DNA of 64,000 nucleotides from an uncultured Verrucomicrobiae bacterium (GTDB lineage Bacteria > Verrucomicrobiota > Verrucomicrobiia > Chthoniobacterales > Chthoniobacteraceae). Below, in pieces: positions 12,641 to 24,123 of this stretch (the first letter of the stretch is position 1; each line of letters starts with the position of its first letter). The stretch lies in assembly GCA_963836755.1 (NCBI GenBank), contig CAWIKF010000001.1:416001-480000 (forward strand), read 5' to 3'. The translations under genes were made by a program, and so were the position numbers. Below the pieces are notes generated by a model. It did not search any database and was not told the origin of the DNA. It saw only the letters and a list, made by a program, of their open reading frames with translations.

Positions 12641-13093
12641 ATGACTTTTCAGGAACGCATCGACAACGATTTGAAGGAGGCGATGAAGGCGAAAAACGCC
12701 GACAAACTCGCCGTCCTCCGCATGTTGAAAGCTGCGCTCAAGAACGCCGCGATCGAGAAAGGCGGCGCCTCCGCGCAGCTCGACGAGGCCGAGGCAGTGG
12801 CAATCGTGCGCAAGCAGGCGAAGCAGCGCCAGGATTCGATCGAAGGCTTTGAGAAAGGTCATCGGCCCGAACTAGCGGAAAAGGAAAAAGAAGAGCTCGC
12901 GTTTTTAAATGAATATCTGCCGCAGCCGCTCGATGCGGAAGCGCTCAGCCAGCTCGTGCGCGAATCGATTGCTGAGGCGGGCGCGACGTCGAAGGCGCAG
13001 ATGGGCGCGGTGATGAAAATCGCCAGCGCGAAGGCGGCCGGACGCGCTGATGGCCGCGCATTGAGCGCGGAAGTCCAGAAGCAGTTGTCTTGA
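12641..13093 (+). CDS. GatB/YqeY domain protein
   Basis: DLKEAMKAK...LRMLKAALKN, KQRQDSIEGF, YLPQPL and MGAVMK...GRADG motifs. Confidence 0.93.
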   Translation: MTFQERIDNDLKEAMKAKNADKLAVLRMLKAALKNAAIEKGGASAQLDEAEAVAIVRKQAKQRQDSIEGFEKGHRPELAEKEKEELAFLNEYLPQPLDAEALSQLVRESIAEAGATSKAQMGAVMKIASAKAAGRADGRALSAEVQKQLS

Positions 13094-13116
13094 AAAAGTC
13101 CGCACCGACGACGCCC

Positions 13117-13800
13117 ATGATCACCGCCGTCATCGTGGCCGCGGGCAGCAGCCGGCGCATGGGTTTTGACAAGCTCCTCGCGCTCCTCGCGGGCAAGCCG
13201 GTGCTGGCGCATTCCATCTCGGCGTTCGAGCGCAGCCCGGAGGTCAGCAGCATCATTTTGGTCACCAAACGGGAGCGGCTCGCGGAATTCAAAGAACTTT
13301 GCTCCGCACAAAAGTTCCGCAAGGTCAGCAAAATCATCGCCGGCGGCGCGGAACGCCATCTCTCTGTCTGGCGCGGCCTCAAAGCGGTGAGCGGCGACAC
13401 GCAGTTCATCGCCATCCACGATGGCGCGCGGCCGCTGACCACGCCGGCGTTGATTCGTGATTGCCTGCTCCTCGCGCAGGAAACCGGCGCGGCTTGCTGC
13501 GCGTCGCAGGTGCCCGACACCGTGAAGCGCGCGGACGACCAGCAATTCGTCAGCGAGAGCGTCGAGCGTTCGGGACTTTGGACGATGCAGACGCCGCAAA
13601 TTTTTTCGACGACGGTCATTCTTCAGGCTTACTCAAACGTCATCGCGCACAAGGAATCCGTCACCGACGAAGTCTCGGCCGTGCAGCGGATTGGCAAGAA
13701 AATCAGCCTGTTGCGCAATGAGGACTGGAACTTTAAGATAACCCTCCCGCGTGACCTCGAGCTGGCCGAGCACGTTCTGGCCTCGCGCGGCGAAATTTAA
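13117..13800 (+). CDS. ispD: 2-C-methyl-D-erythritol 4-phosphate cytidylyltransferase
   Basis: AAGSSRRMG, GGAER, IHDGARP, QTPQIF and NFKIT motifs. Alternative TTG start at 13090. Confidence 0.93.
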   Translation: MITAVIVAAGSSRRMGFDKLLALLAGKPVLAHSISAFERSPEVSSIILVTKRERLAEFKELCSAQKFRKVSKIIAGGAERHLSVWRGLKAVSGDTQFIAIHDGARPLTTPALIRDCLLLAQETGAACCASQVPDTVKRADDQQFVSESVERSGLWTMQTPQIFSTTVILQAYSNVIAHKESVTDEVSAVQRIGKKISLLRNEDWNFKITLPRDLELAEHVLASRGEI

Positions 13801-13802
13801 CC

Positions 13803-15071
13803 ATGGCCTACGAATACCACCTCTCCCGACTGCCGAACGGCATCCGCATCGCCTCGGTCGAAATGCCGCACATGCAGAGCGTCAGCGTCGGCATTTGGGC
13901 CGGCATCGGCGGGCGTTACGAGACTCAGCGGCAGAGCGGCATCTCGCATTTCATTGAGCACCTGATGTTCAAGGGGACCAAGAACCGCTCGGCGAAACAG
14001 ATCATCGAATCGGTCGAGGGAATCGGCGGCTATCTCAATGCCTTCACCACTGAGGACCACACTTGCTATTACGCAAAAGCCGCCGCGCCGCATCTCCCGC
14101 AGCTCTGCGACGTGCTCGCCGACATGTATCGCCACTCGACATTCGAGCCGAGCGAGATCGAGCGCGAGCGCGACGTCATTCGCGAGGAAATCCTGATGTA
14201 TAAAGACAATCCGGCGCAGCACGCGCAGGAACTTTTATCCGAAACAATGTGGCCTGCGCATCCGCTCGGCCGCCCGCTGACCGGCACGGTTGAGACCATC
14301 TCGCGGTTGAAACGCCCGCAGCTGATGAGTTTCATGAATCAGCATTACAACGGCCGCACCACCATCGTCACCGTCGCGGGAAAAGCGAAGCACGACGACG
14401 TCCTCGCCGCATTCGGTTCAAAGCTCGCCGCCGTTCCTGCCGGGCGCACACCGCGCTACGCCCGCAGCCGTTTCCGGCACGGCGAAGCGAAGCTTTCACT
14501 CGTGACGCAGGATACCGAGCAGACGCATTTGGCGATGGGATTTTACGCCTTTGGCCGGTCCGATGAGCGCCGCTTCGCGCTCAAACTTCTCAGCGTGATT
14601 TTGGGCGAAAACATGAGCTCCCGCCTTTTCCAAAAGCTGCGTGAGAAATACGGCTTCTGCTACTCCGTCCAAACCGGCATGGTCTCGCTCGCCGACGCGG
14701 GAATGATCAACATTTACGCCGGGCTCGACACCTCCAAACTCGCCCGCGCCGTCCGCGTCATCATGCAAGAGCTCCAGCGCATCTGCCAGAAAGCCCCCAG
14801 CCGCGGCGAACTTCGCAAAGCGCAGGACTACACCATCGGCCAGACCTTGATGGGGCTCGAGAGCACCACCAACCAGATGATGTGGATGGGTGAATCGATC
14901 CTCGGCTACGGCAAAATCCTCGACCCTGCCGACGTGGAAAAAAGGATCATGAGCGTCACGCCGGAGCAGGTGAAAGAGGTCGCATGTCATTGCCTCGACC
15001 GCGCGCGGCTCGGCCTCGCCATCGTCGGCCCCGTGAAGGATCGCGAGGAAATCCAGAGCTGGGTGGGCTAA
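13803..15071 (+). CDS. M16 (pitrilysin-family) peptidase
   Basis: HFIEH inverted zincin motif, NAFT and SSRLFQKLRE. Confidence 0.93.
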   Translation: MAYEYHLSRLPNGIRIASVEMPHMQSVSVGIWAGIGGRYETQRQSGISHFIEHLMFKGTKNRSAKQIIESVEGIGGYLNAFTTEDHTCYYAKAAAPHLPQLCDVLADMYRHSTFEPSEIERERDVIREEILMYKDNPAQHAQELLSETMWPAHPLGRPLTGTVETISRLKRPQLMSFMNQHYNGRTTIVTVAGKAKHDDVLAAFGSKLAAVPAGRTPRYARSRFRHGEAKLSLVTQDTEQTHLAMGFYAFGRSDERRFALKLLSVILGENMSSRLFQKLREKYGFCYSVQTGMVSLADAGMINIYAGLDTSKLARAVRVIMQELQRICQKAPSRGELRKAQDYTIGQTLMGLESTTNQMMWMGESILGYGKILDPADVEKRIMSVTPEQVKEVACHCLDRARLGLAIVGPVKDREEIQSWVG

Positions 15072-15161
15072 CGCGCTCATTCCCCCGATCCCGCCCGGTT
15101 TTTTCTGCGAGAAGGCTGTTGGCTTTTCGTCCGATGCATCTATTTTAGCGCTCTCTTTTTT

Positions 15162-16472
15162 ATGAATGTCGAAGTCGAAAATTTGCCCCATTGCATCACC
15201 ACTCTCCGCGTCGAGGTGGAGCCTGAAAAAGTAACCCAGACCTGGGATTCCATCGCGAAGGATTACATGCGCCACGCGAAGCTGCCGGGCTACCGGCCGG
15301 GGAAGGCGCCACGGCAGATCGTGGAGCGAAAATATGAGAAGCAGATTCGCGAGGAGCTGCAAAAGCAGTTGCTCTCCGAGAGCTGCCGCGAGGCGATCAA
15401 TGAGAAAAAGTTGCGCGTGCTCTCGCTGGCGGAGGTCGAGGATGTGGAGATCGGCGAGGATAAGACGCTCCGTTTCACCGCTACGCTGGTGACGGCGCCG
15501 GAGTTTGAGACGCCCGATTACAAGAATATCGAGATGACGACGTCGTCGGTGGAGGTGAGCGAGGAGGAGGTGGATGCGGCGCTGGAACGGCTGCGCGAGG
15601 ATTCGGCGGACTTTGTCGACATCTCGGATCGCGGCCTGGAAATGGAGGATTTCGCGGTGATCGATTACACGGGGACGATCGATGGGAAGCCAGTGCACGA
15701 GGTTTTTCCAAAGGCGGGGAAGCCGCTCTCGGGCAACAATGATTTTTGGATTCGGCTGACGGCTGAGGCGTTTTTCCCGGGATTCAGCGAGCAGTTGCTC
15801 GGCGCGAAAGTTAGCGACGTGCGGGAGTTTGAGATCGAGGTGCCGGCGGAGTTTGCGGTCGAGGAGATGCGCGGGCAGAAAATCCATTACGCGGTGACGG
15901 TGCGCGGGCTGAAGTCAAAGCAGTTGCCGGAGTTGAACGATGAATTTGCCGGGAAGATCGTGCGCGGGAAGACTGCGGCGGAGTTGCGCGACGTGGCGCG
16001 CGACGAGCTCCGGCGGCAGAAGGAAAAAGCGGCGGTGCGCGAGCGGAAAAATCAGATCATGCAGGCGCTCTTGAGCCGCGTGGAATGCGAGCTGCCGGAG
16101 AATCTGGTGCGCCAGGAAACCCAGCGCATCCTCGCTGACATCGTGCGCGAAAATCAGGCTCGCGGCATTGCCGAGGAGGTGATTCGCGAGAACGAAAAGG
16201 AGCTGGTTGGCTCAGCGGCTCAGAACGCGCGCGACCGCTTGAAGGGAACTTTTATTTTACTCCGAATCGCGGAGGCGGAAAAAATCGGCGTGACGCAGCA
16301 GGACTTTCAGCAGCGCGTGGCGATGATGGCCGCGAACTACAACGTCCCCTTTGAAAAAATGCTCAAGGAGCTGGAAAAGCGCGATGCGATCGGTCAGATC
16401 CGCGAGGAGATCCTCACGGGCAAGGTGCTTGATTTCCTCGAGTCGAATGTTAGCGTCCCAGCGGCTTCGTAG
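15162..16472 (+). CDS. tig: trigger factor
   Basis: PGYRPGKAP signature, FKBP domain, position upstream of clpPX. Confidence 0.95.
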   Translation: MNVEVENLPHCITTLRVEVEPEKVTQTWDSIAKDYMRHAKLPGYRPGKAPRQIVERKYEKQIREELQKQLLSESCREAINEKKLRVLSLAEVEDVEIGEDKTLRFTATLVTAPEFETPDYKNIEMTTSSVEVSEEEVDAALERLREDSADFVDISDRGLEMEDFAVIDYTGTIDGKPVHEVFPKAGKPLSGNNDFWIRLTAEAFFPGFSEQLLGAKVSDVREFEIEVPAEFAVEEMRGQKIHYAVTVRGLKSKQLPELNDEFAGKIVRGKTAAELRDVARDELRRQKEKAAVRERKNQIMQALLSRVECELPENLVRQETQRILADIVRENQARGIAEEVIRENEKELVGSAAQNARDRLKGTFILLRIAEAEKIGVTQQDFQQRVAMMAANYNVPFEKMLKELEKRDAIGQIREEILTGKVLDFLESNVSVPAAS

Positions 16473-16499
16473 ACACGGAGCGCAGCAGTTTTTTTACCC

Positions 16500-17180
16500 A
16501 TGCCAATTCAATCCAACACTCGCGAAACTCCGCACGATGTGCTCGTCCCGATGGTTATCGAGCAGACCGGGCGAGGGGAGCGCAGCTACGATATTTATTC
16601 GCGGTTGCTGAAGGATCGCATCATTTTTCTCGGCACTCCGATCGACGATCACATCGCGAATTTGGTCATCGCGCAGATGCTTTTTTTGCAAATGGAGGAT
16701 CCGAAAAAAGACATCCACATTTACATCAACTCGCCCGGCGGCTCAGTGACGGCGGGGCTGGCGATTTATGACACGATGCAGTTCGTGACATGCGACGTGA
16801 CGACCTATTGCCTCGGCATGGCGGCCAGCATGGGCGCGGTGCTGCTTTGCGCCGGCACAAAGGGCAAGAGATATGCTTTACCCAACTCCGACATCATGAT
16901 CCACCAAGTCTCGGGCGGCGCGCAAGGCACCGCCAGCGACGTGGAGCGGACTGTCGAATACATGTTTAAATTAAAAAAGCGCCTCATCCAGATCATGGCC
17001 GACCATACCGGCAAGGATTTCGAGACTGTGAAGAACGATTCCGATCGCGATTATTACATGAGCGCGGCGGAGGCGAGCGCCTACGGTCTGGTGGATCAAG
17101 TCGTGCAATCGCGCAAGGAATTGAAGGCCGAGTCGAAGCCCGAGCTGGCGGACAAGCCAGCGGATAAGTCTTCGGAGTGA
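16500..17180 (+). CDS. clpP: Clp protease proteolytic subunit
   Basis: [28 protein letters not shown] and MIHQ motifs. Confidence 0.97.
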   Translation: MPIQSNTRETPHDVLVPMVIEQTGRGERSYDIYSRLLKDRIIFLGTPIDDHIANLVIAQMLFLQMEDPKKDIHIYINSPGGSVTAGLAIYDTMQFVTCDVTTYCLGMAASMGAVLLCAGTKGKRYALPNSDIMIHQVSGGAQGTASDVERTVEYMFKLKKRLIQIMADHTGKDFETVKNDSDRDYYMSAAEASAYGLVDQVVQSRKELKAESKPELADKPADKSSE

Positions 17181-17261
17181 AATCGGATGAAGTGCCGGAT
17201 GTTTTCTCAGCTTAAAAACCCCGCGAAACTTTCACGCCGTTCCGCGGCAATATTCTAAAAG

Positions 17262-18536
<1,275 letters not shown>

Positions 18537-18584
18537 ACCGCGCGGAATCGCGGCAAACTTTTTTCGCCGTCGCCGGTTTTTCGC

Positions 18585-18618
18585 AAAAAAAAGCGCCGCC
18601 CGTTTCCGAGCGGCGCTT
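18585..18618 (-). terminator. intrinsic terminator of the thioredoxin gene, between convergent genes
   Basis: Minus strand reads GCGCCGCTCG-GAAA-CGGGCGGCGC-T8. Confidence 0.85.
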
Positions 18619-18636
18619 GCAAGTGAGTTGCGTCAG

Positions 18637-19074
18637 CTACTTTTTAAAGCTGTCGAGCTTCGCGATGAATGCGGACGGTCCGCCTTCAAGATAGCCAACC
18701 TGCTGGCCTAAAACATTCCCGTCTTTGTCCAGCAAAACAAACGTCGGAAAACCTTCGACTTTATATTTTTGCTTGAGGTCCCCGTTCTGTTCCTTGACCT
18801 GTTTGGACTGCGGTTTCGAATTTGGAAAATCGACTTCGACAAGCACGAGATTCTTCGTGGCATAGTCTTTGAATTCCTTGGTTTTCAGGACTTCCTTGTT
18901 GAACTTGATGCACCAGCCGCACCAGTCGGAACCGGTGAAATCGAGCAGCACTTTTTTGTCCTGCGATTTCGCCTCGGCCTGCGCCTTTTCGTAATTGGTA
19001 TTCCAGTGCGCTTCCTGCGCGAATGCGGGCAACGCCGCGGCGAGCAGGAGGCTGAGAAGAGTAAGTTTTTTCAT
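18637..19074 (-). CDS. exported thioredoxin-family protein
   Basis: Signal peptide; FTGSDWCGWC and GFPT motifs. Confidence 0.92.
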   Translation of the reverse strand: MKKLTLLSLLLAAALPAFAQEAHWNTNYEKAQAEAKSQDKKVLLDFTGSDWCGWCIKFNKEVLKTKEFKDYATKNLVLVEVDFPNSKPQSKQVKEQNGDLKQKYKVEGFPTFVLLDKDGNVLGQQVGYLEGGPSAFIAKLDSFKK

Positions 19075-19091
19075 CAGTAGTTTTTGGGGAA

Positions 19092-19442
19092 TCAGACCTG
19101 GAATTTCAACGTCGCGCCCGATTGCATCGCCGCGTGTTCGGCATCGGTGCAGGCGGAATTTGTCGGCACGCCCGCAGCTTCATCGCTGCGTTGCACGAGG
19201 CTGTTCCCGGTGAGATACGCCTCGACTTCGTCGCCGCTCACATCGGCGAGCATTGCGCCATTGATTTCGACGCAGGGTGAAAGCGGCTGCCCGCTTTTCT
19301 GCTCCATCTCCCAGCGAAAAGCCGGGTTCGCGATGATGTCTTTTTCGGTGAAAGGCAGATCGTATTTTCGAAGCACGGCGCGCACGCCGTTGCTCCAACC
19401 GCAGTAGGTTTTTAAGTAGGCCGTGATTTGTGGTTTTTCCAT
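19092..19442 (-). CDS. monothiol glutaredoxin-like protein
   Basis: CGWS active site; KSGQPLSPCVEING. Confidence 0.85.
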   Translation of the reverse strand: MEKPQITAYLKTYCGWSNGVRAVLRKYDLPFTEKDIIANPAFRWEMEQKSGQPLSPCVEINGAMLADVSGDEVEAYLTGNSLVQRSDEAAGVPTNSACTDAEHAAMQSGATLKFQV

Positions 19443-19508
19443 AGCGTGGAAAAAGTAGCACACTTGCCGCGCGCTCCCAAGCATCCGTTTTCACAGACGC
19501 GAATTCTG

Positions 19509-19688
19509 CTAGTAAACGTAAACGCGCTCGCGGTGATACGGATAAGGTCCGCGGTCATAATATCCGCCGCTGTAATAGACGTGGTCGTGATACGGATGAT
19601 GGTAATAATGGTGGTGCTCACCCTCGTGCAGGTCTTCGCAGGCAGCGAAAAGGAAAGCGAGTGGGAGGAAGCCGAGCAGAAGTTTCAT
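19509..19688 (-). CDS. small His/Tyr-rich lipoprotein
   Basis: MKLLLGFLPLAFLFAA-C lipobox; 59 aa. Confidence 0.7.
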   Translation of the reverse strand: MKLLLGFLPLAFLFAACEDLHEGEHHHYYHHPYHDHVYYSGGYYDRGPYPYHRERVYVY

Positions 19689-19737
19689 ACACCACTCTAA
19701 TCGCGGCTGCGTGCGCGATTGGGTTTCCCCGCGCATT

Positions 19738-22700
19738 TCAGCTTCGCAATTTCACGAGCAAATCCTTGCTCTCCACCGACTCGCCGGCCTGAACGAAAAT
19801 TTCCACCGCGACGCCATTCGACGGCGCGTAAATCGTCGTCTGCATTTTCATCGCCTCCAGCGTGAGGAGCTTGTCCCCTTTCGCAACCTTCGAGCCGACG
19901 CTGATATTTAGCGCGGTGATCACGCCAGGAATCGGCGCGCCGACTTGCAGCGGATCGCCCTCGCTGGCCTTCACGCGCGCTTTGGTTTTCGGCTGGATCG
20001 ACCGATCCGCAACCGACGCTTCACGCGGGCGGCCATTGAGTTCGTAGGAAAGAATGCGGCGCCCTTCCGCGTCCGGCAGACCGATGTTGATGAGCTTGAT
20101 GAAAAGCGTCTTGCCCTCCTCGATGCCGACCGAAATTTCCTCGCCGGGCTTTAAGCCGTAGAAAAATGCCGGCGTCGGCAGGACGCTCACGTTGCTGAAA
20201 TCGCGGACAAATTTCGCGAAGTCCGCGAACACCTGCGGATACATCAGATGGCTGTAAAGATCATCGTCGCTCGCGTCGCGCTTCAACTTTGACGCCAGCT
20301 CCGCGCGAGTCGCGTTGAGGTCGATCTTTGGCGCCTTCGCGGTATCGGACTTTGTCGTGCCGAGCACCGCGCTCACCAGTTTTTTCGGCCAGCCGCCGAG
20401 CGGTTTGCCCAGCCCGCCGGCGAGCATGTCGCGCACCGATTCCGGAAAATCCATGCCAGGCTCGAGATTCACCACATCGGCCGGTTTGATTCCTTTCGTG
20501 AAAAGAAAAAGCGTCATGTCGCCAACCACTTTGCTCGACGGCGTCACTTTCACAATGTCTCCAAAAAGCTGATTCACCTCCGCGTAGCAGCGCGCGATTT
20601 CCGGCCAGCGATGCGCCAGGCCCATCGAGGCGGCTTGCTCTTTTAAATTCGTGAACTGCCCGCCCGGCATTTCGTGCAGATACACCTCCGCCGAACCGGT
20701 GCGTGGCGCGGTGTCGAACGGCGCGTAATAATTTCGCACCTGCTCCCAATAATCCGAAAACTCGTTGAGCGCATCGAGATCGAGCCCCGTTTCGCGCGGC
20801 GTGTCTTGGAGCGCTGCGACGATCGAGTTCAAATTCGGCTGACTCGTGGAGCCGGACATCGAGGCGAGCGCGAGATCGACGATATCCACGCCCGCATCGC
20901 TCGCGCGCAAAACCGAGCCGGCGTTGATGCCGCTCGTGTCATGCGTGTGAAAATGAATCGGCAGGCCGATCTCCGCCTTCAGCGCTTTCACGAGCGCATG
21001 CGCCGCGTAAGGCCGGCAAAGCCCCGCCATGTCTTTGATCGCGAGAAAATGCGCGCCCATCCGCTCCAGTTCCTTCGCGAGATCGATGTAATATTTCAGC
21101 GAATATTTCGTGCGTTGCGGATCGAGAATATTTCCCGTGTAGCAAATCGCCGCCTCGCAAATCGCGTGCGTCTTTTGCACCGCCTCCATGGAGGCCTTCA
21201 TGTTCGGCAAATAATTGAGCGAGTCAAAAATGCGGAAAATATCGATGCCGCTTTCCGCAGAATGTTTAACAAACCCCGACACAACGTTGTTCGGATAATT
21301 CGAGTAGCCAACCGCGTTTGAGCCGCGCAGCAGCATTTGAAAGCAAATGTTCGGAATCCGCTCGCGCAACTCGCGCAGCCGGCGCCAGGGATCCTCGCGC
21401 AGGAACCGCATCGACGTGTCGAAAGTCGCGCCGCCCCACATTTCCAGCGAAAAAAGTTCTGGTGTGCGCCGCGCGATTGCATCCGCGGTTGCGAGCATGT
21501 CAAAAGTCCGAACGCGCGTCGCGAGCAGCGATTGATGCGCGTCGCGAAAAGTGGTGTCGGTAATCAGCAGCCGCTTTTGCGCGAGCGCCCAATCCGCAAA
21601 TTTTCTCGCGCCAAGTTTCAGCAAAAGTTGACGCGTGCCGTCCGGCGGAGCCTGTTTTCGATCGTATTTCGGAAGTGTGACGGAAGTCAGCGGTGTGTCG
21701 ATTCGCCGGCCCTTCGCCTGCGGGTTCCCGTTCACGATCACATCGCTCAAAAACGCGAGAAGCTTCGTCGCGCGATCGCGCCGCGGTTTGAAAACAAAGA
21801 GCTGCGGCGTCGTGTCGATCAGCCGCGTGGTCGCATCTCCCGAGCGAAACGTTTCATGGCGGATCACATTCTCCAAAAACGGAATGTTGGTTTTCACGCC
21901 GCGAATGCGGAACTCGCGCAGCGCGCGATCCATCCGCTGCAGCGCGATTTTAAACGTCGGGCCGGATGCGGTGATTTTGGTCAGCAACGAATCGTAATAC
22001 GGCGTGATTACCGCGCCGGTGTCGCCCATCCCCGCATCGAGCCGGATGCCGAAGCCGGCGGCGGAACGATACGTGATGATTTTGCCGTAGCTCGGCGTGA
22101 ATTTATTCTCCGGATCCTCAGTCGTGACCCGGCATTGCACGGCGAATCCGTTGCGCGGAATCGCGGCCTGCGCGGGCAGTTCCAATTCCGGCCCGTGCAG
22201 CTCCGCGCCGCTTGCCACCAGGATTTGCGCGCGCACGAGGTCGATGCCAGTGATGAGCTCGGTGACGGTGTGCTCGACCTGAATCCGCGGATTCATCTCG
22301 ATGAAAAACCATTCGTCGCGGTCGAGATCGAGGAGGAACTCGACGGTGCCCGCGTTGTTGTAGCCGATCTCGCGCGCAATCCGCGTCGCCGCCTCGCACA
22401 GCTGCTCAACAATCTGTTTCTTAATGTTCACTGACGGCGCCATCTCGACAACTTTTTGGTGCCGTCGCTGCACCGAGCAATCGCGCTCGTGCAAATGCAG
22501 GACGTGGCCGTGATGGTCCCCGAGAATCTGCACTTCGATGTGCTTCGCGCGCGGGATGTATTTTTCCAAAAAGACCGCCGCGTTGCCGAATGCACGCTCC
22601 GCCTCGCCCTGCGCTTCGTCGAGCAGCGGCGCCAGATCGGCCGCTTTTTCAACCACGCGCATGCCGCGTCCGCCGCCGCCAAAAGCCGCCTTGATGATGA

Positions 22701-23214
22701 GCGGAAAGCCGATTGTTTTGGCAATGCGCATCGCCGCGCTTCGATCGCTCACCGGATCATCGGTGCCCGGCAATGCAGGCACAGAAAGCTTCTTCGCAAG
22801 ATTGCGCGCGGCGACTTTGTCTCCCATCAAGTCGAGCAACTCCGGCCTCGGCCCGACGAAAGTGATGCCGGCTTCCGTGCAAGCCTTCGCGAAGCCAGCA
22901 TTTTCGGACAAAAATCCGTAGCCCGGATGAATCATGTCCACGCCCTTTTCTTTCGCAAGCGCGACGATGCCGTGAATGTCGAGATAAGCGCCGACCGGCC
23001 CTTTTCCTTCGCCGACCAGGTAGGCCTCGTCGGCCTTGAATCGATGCACCGAGAGCCGATCTTCCTGCGCATAAATGGCGACCGTGCGCATGCCGAGTTC
23101 GTTCGCCGCGCGGAAAACCCGAATAGCAATTTCGCTGCGATTCGCGACCAGCAACTTTTTCCCCGCCACATTGATTTCATCTTTGGCGACAGCTGCGCGA
23201 GTGGAGGGAGACAT
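19738..23214 (-). CDS. pyc: pyruvate carboxylase
   Basis: LVANRSEIA, ERDCSVQRRHQKV, FRDAHQS, HEMPGGQ and EAMKM biotinyl motifs. Confidence 0.97.
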   Translation of the reverse strand: MSPSTRAAVAKDEINVAGKKLLVANRSEIAIRVFRAANELGMRTVAIYAQEDRLSVHRFKADEAYLVGEGKGPVGAYLDIHGIVALAKEKGVDMIHPGYGFLSENAGFAKACTEAGITFVGPRPELLDLMGDKVAARNLAKKLSVPALPGTDDPVSDRSAAMRIAKTIGFPLIIKAAFGGGGRGMRVVEKAADLAPLLDEAQGEAERAFGNAAVFLEKYIPRAKHIEVQILGDHHGHVLHLHERDCSVQRRHQKVVEMAPSVNIKKQIVEQLCEAATRIAREIGYNNAGTVEFLLDLDRDEWFFIEMNPRIQVEHTVTELITGIDLVRAQILVASGAELHGPELELPAQAAIPRNGFAVQCRVTTEDPENKFTPSYGKIITYRSAAGFGIRLDAGMGDTGAVITPYYDSLLTKITASGPTFKIALQRMDRALREFRIRGVKTNIPFLENVIRHETFRSGDATTRLIDTTPQLFVFKPRRDRATKLLAFLSDVIVNGNPQAKGRRIDTPLTSVTLPKYDRKQAPPDGTRQLLLKLGARKFADWALAQKRLLITDTTFRDAHQSLLATRVRTFDMLATADAIARRTPELFSLEMWGGATFDTSMRFLREDPWRRLRELRERIPNICFQMLLRGSNAVGYSNYPNNVVSGFVKHSAESGIDIFRIFDSLNYLPNMKASMEAVQKTHAICEAAICYTGNILDPQRTKYSLKYYIDLAKELERMGAHFLAIKDMAGLCRPYAAHALVKALKAEIGLPIHFHTHDTSGINAGSVLRASDAGVDIVDLALASMSGSTSQPNLNSIVAALQDTPRETGLDLDALNEFSDYWEQVRNYYAPFDTAPRTGSAEVYLHEMPGGQFTNLKEQAASMGLAHRWPEIARCYAEVNQLFGDIVKVTPSSKVVGDMTLFLFTKGIKPADVVNLEPGMDFPESVRDMLAGGLGKPLGGWPKKLVSAVLGTTKSDTAKAPKIDLNATRAELASKLKRDASDDDLYSHLMYPQVFADFAKFVRDFSNVSVLPTPAFFYGLKPGEEISVGIEEGKTLFIKLINIGLPDAEGRRILSYELNGRPREASVADRSIQPKTKARVKASEGDPLQVGAPIPGVITALNISVGSKVAKGDKLLTLEAMKMQTTIYAPSNGVAVEIFVQAGESVESKDLLVKLRS

Positions 23215-23310
23215 AACCGCCGGTTTTATAAACAGTGGCCGCGCGTGTGACAAGTGGCGCATCGTGCTCGCCTTTCGCGCGGCGGGCGGGCAAAATGTTC
23301 GGCTTTCATC

Positions 23311-24123
23311 ATGATAAACAAACGGCAGCGCATTGTTTTAAAGTTTGGCTCCGGCGTTCTCGCGAGCGCGCGCGGCAATGCGCTTGAGGAAAAACAATTC
23401 ACACGCCTCGCTACCGAAATTGCGGAACTCGTCCGCGCCGGCCACGAGTGCATCGTCGTCTCCAGCGCCGCGGTCGCCGCGGGCATGCGCGTGCTTGGTT
23501 TAAAGGAGCGGCCCGCCGAGCTTTCCACCGGTCAGGCATGTGCGGCGATCGGCCAATCAAAGTTGATGCAGCTTTACGCGACAAAGTTCGCGGCGCATCA
23601 ACTCAACGTCGCGCAGCTTCTGCTGACGCATGGCGACCTCGACAGTCGCGCGCGCTATCGCAATGCGAAAAACACTTTAAAGCGGCTGCTCGCGTGCCGA
23701 AATGTGGTGCCCATCATCAACGAAAATGACTCCGTCGCTGTGGAAGAATTGCGGTTCGGCGACAACGATCGGCTCTCGGCCGAGGTCGCGATTCTGGCGG
23801 AAGCGGATATGCTCATCATTCTAACGAGCGTAAACGGATTGATGGACGACGCGGGACGGCTGCTGCCGTTCGTGGCGAAGCTGCAGGACGTGACGAAGTT
23901 CGTGCGAAACGAAAAGGGAAAACTCTCCGTTGGCGGCATGGCGTCAAAGTTGGACGCCGTCAAACTTGCCACGAATGCCGGAATCCCGACGGTGATCGCG
24001 CATGGGCGCCGGGCGGGTCTGCTTGCGTCGATCGTCGCGGGAAAGCCGGTGGGAACAAGGTTCGCGGCGCTCGGCGAAAAATTTGACGCTGCTGGCGATG
24101 CCCGCGAACTTTCGGGATCATGA
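23311..24123 (+). CDS. proB: glutamate 5-kinase (no PUA domain)
   Basis: VLKFGS, AAIGQ-like, PIINENDSV, FGDND and GGMASK motifs. Confidence 0.93.
   Translation: MINKRQRIVLKFGSGVLASARGNALEEKQFTRLATEIAELVRAGHECIVVSSAAVAAGMRVLGLKERPAELSTGQACAAIGQSKLMQLYATKFAAHQLNVAQLLLTHGDLDSRARYRNAKNTLKRLLACRNVVPIINENDSVAVEELRFGDNDRLSAEVAILAEADMLIILTSVNGLMDDAGRLLPFVAKLQDVTKFVRNEKGKLSVGGMASKLDAVKLATNAGIPTVIAHGRRAGLLASIVAGKPVGTRFAALGEKFDAAGDARELSGS

Noticed and set aside
12524..12862. Minus-strand 112-aa ORF that could explain the terminator at 12432-12462
   Set aside because: Antisense shadow of the YqeY gene with no protein-like features. The sigma54 promoter explains the terminator better.
15072..15300. oriC at the skew flip
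   Set aside because: No DnaA-box cluster, AT-rich unwinding element, or dnaA/dnaN neighbour seen.
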